Assembly (NCBI RefSeq): GCF_001194135.2
Contig: NC_069006.1
Coordinates: forward strand, 12,293,745-12,357,744
DNA: 64,000 nt
From: Octopus bimaculoides
Taxonomy: Eukaryota
Direction of reading: 5' to 3'
Part shown: one piece after another, positions 51,650 to 64,000 of the stretch
Layout: each line of letters opens with the position of its first letter
Position numbering within the stretch: the stretch's first letter is position 1
The notes under the pieces: generated by a model
The model's database searches: none
What the model was told of the DNA's origin: nothing
What the model saw: only the letters and a program-made list of their open reading frames with translations
Program-made: the position numbers and the translations under genes

Positions 51650-52460
51650 ACATGCGCATAATTTGTATTTGATTTTGTCGATTACACAGTGTAGTAGGGT
51701 CAGTTGGGCACTGTGAGAAAAACAGCACCATAACACAATTCACTCTGCCAGAAATTTGTAAACGACAGGCTGTACTGCTTGGTATTCACACTGGAAGCTC
51801 CAATACGAACATTTCAGAGTGTCTGGGTGTCAATCTGAGGACATGTACCGAGAATGATAAAAATCAAATATCCAGTCAACATCATGGAGTTTGGAGTGAT
51901 CACTAGTGATGGCGATGTTATTCCTCCGTTCATCTTCCCACACGGCCTCAGACTCAAAACGGAAGCCTACATCAAGTGCCTGGAGGAGGTAGTGTTGCCC
52001 TGGAGCAGCAGGGTGGCTGCTGGAAGACCCTATGTCTGGCAACAGGACTCTGCATCATGTCACACAAGCAGGAGAACCCAATCATGGCTGTCAGACAATT
52101 TCTGAAACCGCATCACCCTTAACATCTGGCCACCTAACTCCCTAGACTGCAACCCCCTTGATTATTATGTGTGGGGGCACAGTTGAGCGAGAGACCAACA
52201 AAACTCCTTTAATACCAAAGATGAACTGAAGGCAAGGATTATGGCAGCATTCACCAACTTAAACAAGGAGACTGTCCAGAATAGTTGCAAGAGATTCCAA
52301 AGTCGTTTGGAGGCTGTAGTTGAAGCCAATGGTGATTTTACTGAATAAGTTTACACTCTAGTATTTCAAGATATTTCTATGAAATTTTTGTAAATATATC
52401 TGTTAAAATGAGAGGTCAGTCTTATTTTCATTTTTGCATAATTTAGACAACAGTTTACTC
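51650..52460 (+). mobile_element. maT/DD37D transposon, internal-deletion derivative
   Basis: The leader joins directly to ...YPVNIMEFGVITSDGDVIPPFIFPHGLRL...WQQDSASCH...WPPNSLDCNPLDYYVWG. 37 codons lie between the QQD aspartate and the NPLD aspartate. Confidence 0.88.
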
Positions 52461-53279
52461 ACTGCATCCTGCATATATACACACTCACAATGTACATATA
52501 TAAATATACACTGTTTTCATTTTGCATCTCCCAAATACATTCAAGTCTTTGATCAACCTGAGCTTATAATAGGAGTTACACAGCTGGACTGAACTCAAAA
52601 CCACACAATTGGAAAGTGAATTTCTTAACCATACAGCCACGAAGATAATTTGAATAAATTTACAGGTTTTGAAAAACAAGGATAGTACATTTAATCTCAT
52701 TTAATCCCCTTCAGGTTCAAAACAATCAAATACCTACATTCATTCTCAGAATCATTGTTTATATATCAGTAACACATCTTCACAATAAGTATATGAGAAC
52801 AATTGTATAACATTGTGCAGCAGAGATTTTTATTAACTCTACTAATAGAAACATATGTTCAGCCTATCTATAAAATAAACTTAATAGATAAGTTATAAAT
52901 AATTTCCATGGAAAGTATCCACATCTATGCTTGATCCTTACAACTTATATTCTTTATGGTGCATCATGTAATTTTTCTTGAATTTTTACTGTCACCACCA
53001 TAAAATTTATTCCAAACATTTACACCAATTCATACATACAATTAGATATAATCATCATTTAATATCTGGCTTCTATATTGGTATGGGTTGGATAGTTTGA
53101 TGAGTTGGGGGACTGAATCATGTAGTAGTGTTTACTTTAACAGGTTTTCTATGGCTGGATATCCTTTTTAATACCAACCACTGTACAGTGTACTAATTGC
53201 TATTTTTTGTGACACCAGCACCAGTGAAGATTGCTTCATAGCTTTCAAGGCTAAGGTTCTAAGGTGGCTCCTATAACTG

Positions 53280-53850
53280 AGAAGGGACAGAAGAGAAAGT
53301 AGGAAGATAGGATGGATGGAGCATGGCAAGGAACAGAGGAGAGAGAAGGGATTAGTGGCAGGGGTTGAGGGAAAGGGAAGGACAGAGCTGGAAAGATGAT
53401 AGGATAGGTTGTGCAACAAGTCTATGGCTATCCAACATTAGAAGGAGTATGGACACAAGGTGTGGAAGAAAGGGGGGGGGGGACACTAGACTAGGATGGA
53501 GAAGATTTTAAGAGAGATTGAAGGAAAGAGAGGTGTGGGTAGGTCAGAGAAGAAAGAAGAGGTGTTGGGAAGGCATAGTAGCTATGAGAAAAAGAAGGTA
53601 GAGAGAGAAGGGAAAGAAGTAGGTGCTGGAGGATAACATAGAAGTAGAAAGATGAGGAAAAGCAAAGTGTAAACACTGCAAAAGCATCATAGATAGGCAG
53701 GCAATGAGGAGGATGGAGAGAGAGAGAGAGAAAGGGAATGGGGGAAACAGGAGATGGATGCAGCAAATGAAAGAAAGGTAGAGATGAGAAAGGGTAAGTT
53801 GTGAGATAAAGGCAAGAGAAGGTGCGGGGTGGCCTTAGAGCTAACTAGGA
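53280..53850 (+). repeat. ~570-bp polypurine (GA-rich) tract
   Basis: Strong A/G strand bias. Similar tracts at 15400-15680 and 55295-55445. Confidence 0.75.
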
Positions 53851-55881
53851 AGAGAGTGTGTGTATATAGTTAGATATCGATATATGCACAGACATACAGA
53901 GAAGGATACATATATGGATGTCAGTGAACCCAAATTGGACCCCCAACTATGTAAAACGTTGATCTTTTGGCATAACCCCAAGTCCTTCCACAATGCATGT
54001 TTATATATATAAACATGCACACACATATATAAAAGAATAACAAAAATTTCTTTCAAAGCTTAATGGAATTTGAACTAAATTTGGAATTTAGTTTAAAAAT
54101 CTAAAAACTCATCTGTTCAAATTTAACAAAGAAGTTTTATATTTTTTTTATTTAGTTATTTGTAATTTGATTTTGAATTGGGTTAAGAATTTCAATTTTA
54201 TATTTTAACAAATTTATATCCTTGCAACTTTGGGTTGTCCTTTATGGAAACGTCTTCAGTTTCAAGATATTATAAGGGTCAGTTTGAGAAGGAAGACGAA
54301 TAGTGGTACCATAATGGCAGAACCATTTGGAAATGTTTCATGATTCTCTCTCAGACTGATCTCTCAAACAATCTAAAAGTTGCTTGGGGTTAGGAAGTTT
54401 TCTCTCTTAGAAATTCATTTTGTCATACTTTAATATTTTTATCAAGTAGAAATTTCCAAACTTAAAAAAACAGAAAATTCCTATTCATGGTCAGAAAAAT
54501 GAATGGTGGACAACATACAGATGTAAAGTCGTGTTTACTTACCACAATGAAAAGCAGACACTTGTCTTTGATTTTTACCATAAGGGTGCAAACCATTGGT
54601 TAAAGCAAAGCATACAACTAGTAGCTTCAAAAATAAATTATAAAGCCAGCTCATGTATGTTACATATCATAATATTATAGTCTTTGCATGTCTATGTGTG
54701 TGCTACCTCATAATGTAATGCATGTGTGTGTATGTAGGGTTTGAGTGTCTGTAAAAGTTCTAAGATTATATAACATACAGATATGTGTGTTGTAGGTATA
54801 TAGATAAACATGTATAGGTATATGCATACAAATATACATATGCTTACATAGATGTATACATGTGCATATATATATATCTACATAGGCATACATATATACA
54901 CAGCCAAATACTCTCATTATATATATATATATATTTACGCACATACATATACACACAAATATATGCATATACACTCAGACATTTATTTAAATATACTTGT
55001 ATACAAACACACGTGTGTATAACATAGTCATATGTATACATGTGTGTATATATAGCACACATCCATCATCACAATCATCATTTAATGTCTGGTTTCTATA
55101 CTGACATGAATTGGATAGTTTAATAGGGTCTGATGAGTTGGAGGACTGTGTTATGCACCAATGTCCATGGCTAGATGCCCTTCCTTATGCCAACCACTTT
55201 ACAAAGTGTACTAGATGCTTTTTCTGTCGCACCAGCACTAGTAATTGCCTTGTAACTTGCAAGGCTAAGGCCCTCAAAAGGGCCCTATAACTGGGGGAGA
55301 TTAGAAAAGAAAATGGGACGTGAGCCAGGATGAGAGATGGAAAATAGAAGGGGAAGTATGGCAGGAAACAGGAGAGGGAAGAAATTAGTGACAGGGTTGA
55401 GGAAAAGTGAGGGATAGAGTTAAAAAGGATATAAGATAGTATGTGTAANNNNNNNNNNNNNNNNNNNNNNNNNNNNNNNNNNNNNNNNNNNNNNNNNNNN
55501 NNNNNNNNNNNNNNNNNNNNNNNNNNNNNNNNNNNNNNNNNNNNNNNNNNNNNNNNNNNNNNNNNNNNNNNNNNNNNNNNNNNNNNNNNNNNNNNNNNNN
55601 NNNNNNNNNNNNNNNNNNNNNNNNNNNNNNNNNNNNNNNNNNNNNNNNNNNNNNNNNNNNNNNNNNNNNNNNNNNNNNNNNNNNNNNNNNNNNNNNNNNN
55701 NNNNNNNNNNNNNNNNNNNNNNNNNNNNNNNNNNNNNNNNNNNNNNNNNNNNNNNNNNNNNNNNNNNNNNNNNNNNNNNNNNNNNNNNNNNNNNNNNNNN
55801 NNNNNNNNNNNNNNNNNNNNNNNNNNNNNNNNNNNNNNNNNNNNNNNNNNNNNNNNNNNNNNNNNNNNNNNNNNNNNNNNN

Positions 55882-55934
<53 letters not shown>

Positions 55935-56982
55935 TGTTCATAAATATACATACACATGTATATATAGCTATATATGTATACATATATTAATGAATGAATG
56001 ACAAGTGAATAGAAGCTATGTAATCACCTTCATTAGCTTACAGCCGTTTCTACTATAAGAAGCAAAGCCAACTGTCTGTGCAACATCTTATAGTTTTCTC
56101 AGTTTCTGAAGAAGCTAGCTGCAGGTATGGCTGTTTGATTATGAAGTTCACTCTAAAACAATGATTTTAGATTCAGTCCTACTGCACAACACCTAGAGCA
56201 AGAGTCATTTTTTATAGCCCTGGGCCAATGAATGCTTTGTGAGTGGATTTGGTAAATAGAAACTGCTGAAGTTTGTCATTAGTGTTCATGGAGGGGGACA
56301 GTGGATGTCTCTCACTACTTAATAACTAGTGTTGGTTTGTTTACATCTGCATAACTTAGCAACTCAGCAAAACGAAACTGATGGAATAACTACTAAGTTT
56401 AAAATATAAGAACTGGTGTTGCTTCAAGCCAGTGCCCCAACATGGTCACAGTCCAATGACTGAAGCAAGAACAGAAATTTCTGTGTGCTTTTTATTAGTT
56501 ATTAAATGATAAATTGAGATTAGTTTTATTCAATTTTTTTAAAACAGTTTGCCTCAATACACACACACACACACATACATAATAAAGTAGAGGGAAACAG
56601 GAAATTTAATACTTCCCATTTCACTGTAAGCATACATATGAAAATGATAAAGAAAATCATGTACTCAATACACATAAGACATGTTGCATAATATTTGTCA
56701 GAAACTTTATCTTCATGATTGCTACTCTAAGTTTCGACTTTTGAATCTGTATCTGAAATGTGAAACTCAGATGAGTAATCAGGAATTTTCAGCTTATTAT
56801 ACATACATATATATATAGATAGATATGAATATACATACCTCAAATTTTGATTCTGCCATATAAGCAATTTAGTGATTATCTTGCAGCAAAAATAAAATTC
56901 CTGAAATATATAATACGATAAATATACATAACAGGCAATGAATGAAAAAAATCAAGATTTGATGAAACAATCAAAACTCAGA

Positions 56983-57017
<35 letters not shown>

Positions 57018-57349
57018 TATATTTAATCAGCTGAAGTTAGAGTAATTCAAGTCCTGAAGCACCAAGTGCACAAATTTCAAAGTTTTGTAATAGGATTTGA
57101 TTGATAAAAACTGAAAGTCCGTCTCACACACACACATATATATGTGTGTATGTGTTTTAGTGTCTCCTTGTTTTGACATTGCACAATAGTTGTAAACATA
57201 CATCTCCATCATACAAGCAGTGTTCCTTGTTTTCAGTCATCTATGAAAAACATGTCTGATAGGAAAATATTAATATTATCTTTCTTGGAAACAGAGGGGA
57301 TTAAGCCATTGCGAACTGACTCAATGAATTTTATCTAACCCATGCATAT

Positions 57350-57790
57350 ATAACTCCTCAATCCAGAGTTTTATCACTTCTGTGCAGTCGATGTGCATTG
57401 ACCCTGTGGCCCCATGGGAAGACATAAGGTGACATGATATGATCCTAATTGCTTATGACTCTTATCAGAGTCAATAGGAACTTCTCTGTGGAGTCAGCAA
57501 AGAGTCATACACTGGCACCCCTGTTCAGCTTTTGGTTCTGGTAAAACTTCTCTTTGGAGAAAAACCAGAGTAGGTTTCTAAGGATCTTTGAGCTTCTTCA
57601 GAAAGCACTTCAATTGGATCACATGGCCCACCAGAACTTGTGGGACATGATCTGCTCTATCCTCATCACATAGAAATGGATTTGTACTTGATATTCTTGT
57701 GGATCCCATGTCCGGCATTAGACTCTTCCACCTTGAGCTGCTCAGCAATGTCCCTCATCAACCTACAAGGATTATCAATGTGCAGGTAGC
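57350..57790 (-). mobile_element. Older, divergent maT-like transposase relic (not in the ORF track)
   Basis: Hand translation gives DNPCRLMRDIAEQLKVEES...IHKNIKYKS, then a degenerate KKLK.P...LWFFS.EKF.QNQKLN and H.MSPYVFP.G.RVNA...VIKLWIEE, collinear with maT transposases. Confidence 0.6.
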
Positions 57791-58653
57791 ATGTAAAAAA
57801 CACCTTTTGAGCGTGGTCGTATGTGCCGGTGGCACGTAAAAGCACTCACTACACTCTTGGAGTGGCTGGCGTTAGGAAGGGCATCCAGCTGTAGAAACTC
57901 TGCCAGATCAGATTGGAGCCTGGTGCAGCCTTCTGGCTTGCCAATCCTCAGTCAAACTGCCCAACCCATGCCAGCATGGAAAGCGGATGTTAAACAACGA
58001 TGATGATATACTCACATACATATATACATATATATATATATGTGTGTGTGTAGACACACAAGTAGTATTAGAATTAAACATAGCTTGGATTGAATATCAT
58101 TAGCTCTGCTTAATTAAATACTAATATAATTGAAGTTACTGGTAATTAATGTGATGATTACACAGTAATCAATTAATGATGTATACAGCATTAAGATAGT
58201 TAAGACACTTGGTTATAGAGAGTTTAGAGGTGGGGGGATCTTATATATATATATTTCAATACAATGGCCCTTCTCTCTCTCTTTTACCACATCCATCTCT
58301 CTATCTGTCTGATTATCAGTCTATCTATCTATCTATCTCTCTATCTGCCTATCTATCTATCTATCTGCTTATACATCTTCCATTGTCTCCAAAGCCTCAC
58401 CCCAAAAAAACAAAACAATGTTTTGTTATAAACAAAACCCCCAAAAACACCTGTTTTTATATAAATAAGCTAGATCTCTGTATTTTCACAGAATTATATT
58501 TGACAAGTTTGAAAGACGAATGAAAGTGCTAATATATGTATAAAATAAATGNNNNNNNNNNNNNNNNNNNNNNNNNNNNNNNNNNNNNNNNNNNNNNNNN
58601 NNNNNNNNNNNNNNNNNNNNNNNNNNNNNNNNNNNNNNNNNNNNNNNNNNNNT

Positions 58654-58684
<31 letters not shown>

Positions 58685-60549
58685 TATACATTCATGTGTG
58701 TACATTCATACATACACATACTTATATACACACGCATACATAGACAAACATACCTATACACATACATGTATATAAATTCATATACCTGCACACACATCCA
58801 GATACACATGAGGGAGAAATGGAAGAAAAATAGAGAGAGAGAGAGAGAGATCTAGAAGAAGTAGAGAGAGAGAAAAGGCAAGAGATAGAAATAGAAAGTG
58901 AGGAAGAGGTAGAGAGAGGTGAGATGTAAACATAGATTTTGTTCCCTTACATAGGGAACAAAAGATGCAGACCATCATAGTTGTAATCACATAAGATCAA
59001 ACATAATTGCATTGAAATCATTAGATCAGCAGATAGAATATTGATATTGTTTTCAGAATGACTAGCATCAGATAAACACAGTAGTGTGTGATGTGAAGGC
59101 AATGTAACTGCTATGTAGAGGTTCTTTCACTGACTACTGTTTCTAGCAAGATGACTGTCTATGAAAGGTTTCTCTTATCAGTTTTCGTAACATATGAAAG
59201 GCATTAGTAGGGGGCTAACAATGGCAACATCGGTCTCTTTAACTCCTAAATGTGAAACTCCTTAATGTTGTTTTTGCTGTTTAGCCCCAGGTCAATCCTG
59301 ACCCAGCAGATCAATGATCAAAGATATTCTAGCTATGACCATTCAATCTGTTAATTTCTTTTGTTTTTGCTAGATGTAGCACTAAATCTATGTCCTTTTT
59401 AAATGCAGGGTGTAATTTGAAGGAGATTTGGCTGTTGTTTCAAGGAAATACAGAGACTACATGGCCTCTTCATATTATTTCTATGGGCTATGACTTTGAG
59501 TAACCATAGTGCCCCAGTAAATACTTTAATATTTAAATATGTAAAGAGGTCGGGGTGTTCTATCCTTTAGTATTTAAACAAACTACATCCAACCAAAATG
59601 TTTTATGTTCAAACTGCCCAGATCTGACCTCTCACACCTACCTTACAAAGTCATTCTAAAAAAACAATTACATCATCATAATCTTGAACTCATGAGATAA
59701 TGCATGATTAATTCAAAACAATGAGAATAAATAAGGATTACATTTGATAGAGTAATCTAACTGTTAAAGAGTTCAAATGTAATCATTTTTCTCTGAACAA
59801 TTCTTTTCATTCATTTCTCTCTTTAATATACTGTCATATGTCTCTAATTTTGATTTAATGGTTTCTCCAAAATTAATTAGTTATAGATTTGTTAATTACT
59901 GAATTAGTTCAGTTGGAAACATTTCTTATTTCTTTATTGCCCACAAGGGGCTAAACATAGAGGGGACAAACAAGGACAGTCAAAGGGATTAAGTCGATTA
60001 CATCGACCCCAGTGCTTAACTGGTACTTATTTAATTGACCCCAAAAGGATGAAAGGCAAAATCGACCTCAGCTGAATTTGAACTCGGAACGTATAGACAG
60101 ACAAAATACTGCTAAGCATTTTGCCCAGCATGCTAACAATTCTGCCAGCTCGCTGTCCTATCAATTACCATATTTGATCACATATAAGACACTTTTTTTA
60201 CCAAAAATGTCTCAAAAACATCACTCCAGGTTGTATGATCAAAGTTGGACCTCCTATAATCTTTGTACCTGAAACTCACTCATATTGACTAAATTTTGAT
60301 ACAAACAATCTCTTCTACCTAACCAGGTTCCATAATAATATTTACTTGAACATCATTATTATACAGCAATGCTTAATGTTCTAGCAATGGTACTTTTCTG
60401 ATATTTTGTAATGTACTGCTAATGATTTTGCAGGCTAGTCACCCCAATCATTTAAAAATATTTACTTTGTTACAATAGGTTTGATCACCATTCATCACCA
60501 GATGTTTTTTTTTTCAGGTTGCATATATAATACCAGACAGAGATCTAAT

Positions 60550-60792
60550 CATATATATATCTAAATATGTGTATGTGTGTATGTATATATATATAAATAT
60601 GTGTCTATGTATATATATATATATATATAAATATATGTGTATATATATATATCTAAATATATGTGTGTGTATATATATTTATATATATATATATATATAA
60701 ATATGTGTGTGTATATATATATATATAAATATGTGCATGTATATATATAAATATGTGTATGTGTGTGTGTATATATATATATAAATATGTGC

Positions 60793-60860
<68 letters not shown>
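60550..60860. repeat. Compound (AT)n/(GT)n microsatellite
   Basis: Directly visible. Many other (TA)n tracts occur, e.g. 4620-4692, 5270-5316, 32096-32167 and 61852-61990. Confidence 0.95.
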
Positions 60861-60863
<3 letters not shown>

Positions 60864-61354
60864 CATTGATCATAGAACAAACATCAAATTCAAGTCAACA
60901 ACTTTATATATAACACCATACCTCCAAACGTTTGATCATATATAAATATTAACATGGTTCTTAAACATATAAAGTATACATATATAAAAAACACAGAAGG
61001 TAAAAATATATATGCGAATAAAAATACAGATATATAGAATGGCCTATAAAAAAGGTATATACAATTGACTAAAAATTCTAAAGCTTGTCATGTCACTAAA
61101 AATTTAAATAAAATAAAATATCAACTGACTAAAAAACTATTTTTATTCCCCTCAAACAAAAGAGTACGTCAAAAAAGATCATTTCATAAAAACCCTGGTA
61201 GGTTGGAGTCCAGGAGCAAAAAGAGTTCCACAAAACCAAGTCAAACACACCTGTGGCCATTTTGAGAGTTCATTGCCGTGGTTCGATTACAGTTAAAGTG
61301 CATCTCGGCACTGACACCCTCATCAGGATGAACAGGAAACTCTGAGTTTTTTAA

Positions 61355-61850
61355 TAGATATATTTACCAAAATTACATAAAAATATCATGAAATACTAAA
61401 GAGTAAACTTATTCAATAAAATCATCACTGGCTCCAACCATGGCCTCCAGACAACTTTGAAATCTCCTGCAACTCTTCTGGATGGTCTCCTTGTTTAAGT
61501 TGGTGAATGCTGCCATAATCCTTGCCTTCAGTTCATCTTTGGTGTTACAAGGAGTTTTGTTGGTCTCTCACTCAACTGTGCCCCCACAGATAATATTCAA
61601 GGGGATTGCAGTCTAGGGAATTAGGTGACCTGATGTTAGGGGGTGATGTGGTCGAAGAAATTGTCTGATAGCCATTCCTGGGTTCTCTTGCTTGTGTGAC
61701 ATGGTGCAGAGTCCTGTTGCCAGACATAGGGTCTTCCAGCAGCCACTCTCTTGACCCAGGGCAACACTACCCTCTCCAGGCACTTGATATAGGTCTCCCT
61801 GTTGAGTCTGAGGCCATGTGGGAAGATGAATGGAGGCATAACATCACCAT
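61355..61850 (-). mobile_element. maT/DD37D transposon, 3' half
   Basis: GDVMPPFIFPHGLRLN...WQQDSAPCHTSKRTQEWLSDNFFDHITP. Highly similar to 51890-52400 and ends at a (TA)n/(TG)n array. Confidence 0.88.
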
Positions 61851-61919
<69 letters not shown>

Positions 61920-61948
61920 ATGCATATATATATATATGTGTGTGTGTG

Positions 61949-61983
<35 letters not shown>

Positions 61984-62249
61984 AGATATATACCTATATA
62001 TTTAGTTACATGGGGAAAAGTTTTCTATGGCTAGATGCCCTTTCTGTTGCCAACCCTTACCCATTTCCAAGCAAGGTAATATGCCCCAAGTAATAATACC
62101 CCAGTCTCTCGGAAAACCAATAGTCCTGACACAGTTACATGGAGACTAAAAACAAGTGACACTGTTTGCATGAGCCTTTTGTCCACAATCAGTGAACACA
62201 AAAAATGATGGGAAATATGAACATACACACTATATCACACACACAGATG

Positions 62250-63195
62250 TGCACATCAGTCAAGGAAACCTCTGATGCTACACTCTTACACAAAGATCTA
62301 GATGCCATCTATACATGGGCTGAGGATAACAACATGCAATTTAATGCAAGTAAATTCCAGGCCCTCCGCTACCAGTTAAGCCCTGCTCAGGAATCACGAC
62401 ATCAGTACGTTGGACCAAGTGGAGCAACGATCACAGAATCAAATACGGTGCGTGATCTTGGAATAGAAATGAGCAACAATGCCTCATTTCACACACATAT
62501 CAACAAAATGGTAGCAGTATCCAGAAGACTGGCCGGTTGGATTCTGAGAACGTTCCGGACAAGGGACTGAGAAACTATGATGACACTCTGGAAGTCATTT
62601 ATCTTCACCGGACTGGACTACTGCTCTCAGCTGTGGTCACCTTATACTACAAGGACGACAGCAGAGCTTGAAGCAGTCCAATGACATTACACAAAGAAAA
62701 TTGCATCAATGGAACAACTGAGCTACTGGGACAGATTGAAAGAGCTACGACTTTATTCCCTGGAACGAAGGCGGGAGAGGTATGCAGTGATATATATATA
62801 TATGGAAGATACTGGAAGGACTGGTACCAAACTTTGGAATAAAGAGCTATACCAGACCACGAACAGGACATCACTGTGCCGACTGCTTCATCTTGGGCAA
62901 GGATGATGTACTGCAATAGCTTGGGTTTCAAGGGCCCACAGCTGTTTAACTGTCTGCCGAAGCATCTGAGGAGCCTCCATGGAGTATATGTAGACGTTTT
63001 CAAACGTGAACTTGACTTCTGGCTCACCGAGATCCCGGATGAGCCAATATCTAGGCAAGAAACTCAAAAGAGGGCAGTAATATCAAACTCCATCCTTCAC
63101 CAAAAGCCACTCCGACATAGGTGGAAAGTGGAAAGATGATCACAATGGCAGTGCTCCAGCATGGCCACAGTCATTGGACTGAAACATATAAAAGA

Positions 63196-63197
<2 letters not shown>
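62250..63197 (+). mobile_element. CR1-group LINE, 3' fragment (RT C-terminus plus 3' tail)
   Basis: LHKDLDAIYTWAEDNNMQFNASKF, VRDLGI, LDYCSQLWSP, LSYWDRLKELRLYSLERRRERY. Ends with ggcagtgctccagcatggccacagtc...gactgaaac. Confidence 0.85.
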
Positions 63198-63227
<30 letters not shown>

Positions 63228-63643
63228 ATCATCATCATCACTTAATGTCTGCTGGCATGGGTTGGATGGTTTGACAGGAGCTGTCCAAGCTCCATGTCTG
63301 TTTTGGCATGGTTTCTATTGGCTGGATGCCCTTCATAACACCATCCACTTTACAGAGTGTATTGAGTGCTTTCACACAGCATTTACATGGCATGGGTATG
63401 GGTGCTTTTTACATGACATCAGCACTCACAACTTTGCAAGGTTAGGAACACTCTGCTGGAGAAGGATGCAAGGACAACCATGGTTTTACTTAGCTTGATG
63501 TGTTTTCTGAAACACATCAAACTACCAAGAGTTTCAGTCCTCTGTGAGGCCCAATATCTGAAGATCCTTTCTCACCACTTCATCCACGTCTTCCTGGGTC
63601 AACCCCTACCACATGTTGTCTCTATAGTGTGTGTGTATATATA

Positions 63644-63735
63644 TACTAGCAGAAATACCCGGCATTGCCCGGGTTAAAGAGAATAATGAAATCTAAAAAC
63701 GCCGTCTAGACTACGCATCATCTTTATATATAGAG
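63644..63735 (+). mobile_element. Short Helitron/Helentron-like non-autonomous element
   Basis: TACTAGCAGAAATACCCGGCATTGCCCGGG start with a GC hairpin and a ...CTTTATATATAGAG end, inserted in TA-rich sequence. Classification is by resemblance only. Confidence 0.45.
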
Positions 63736-64000
63736 ATGTATATACACACATGCACCCAAACACACGTATATATATGTATATCAATATAAATATATGAAAG
63801 TCAATGAAGTTTCGTAAAAGAAGGTGATCATGTACATACTTTCTTGCTGTTGTGATTATAACACCTCATTGTAAACTATGTTCCTTGTTTTCCCTTGTGG
63901 AGCATATACAAATAGGTTATTTGTTGCTGCCCACTCTTGAGCAGCCAACATACAGTTGTCCATGTGAGAAGCAGGGCTCTTTCAAGAGAAGACCAGCTAC

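Overview
AT-rich, repeat-dense eukaryotic DNA from a gapped draft assembly. The SINE, RTE and microsatellite landscape looks like an octopus genome; this is an inference. The only host gene I can support is an M13 metallopeptidase (endothelin-converting-enzyme-like) on the minus strand. Its coding exons are 18625-18379, 12922-12719, 7672-(assembly gap), 6257-6189 and 151-35. They have canonical GT-AG sites, and the intron phases match at every junction visible here. The gene continues off the left edge. Its ATG exon starts right after a splice acceptor, so at least one more 5' exon must lie upstream. The rest is intronic or upstream sequence packed with decayed mobile elements: a hAT/Charlie(Buster) transposase, several DD37D maT copies, a DD34E Tc1, two RTE LINEs, a CR1-group LINE 3' end, tRNA-derived SINEs (including a head-to-tail array), foldback MITEs and a duplicated ~2.5 kb composite element. 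I found no convincing novel multi-gene system. The best leads are the ECE exon architecture, an exon hidden in a gap, SINE tail swapping between two LINE partners, and long hairpins in the ECE introns. Most long ORFs in the supplied track are artefacts of N-runs or (TA)n repeats. Coordinates were counted by hand, and repeat boundaries are approximate.
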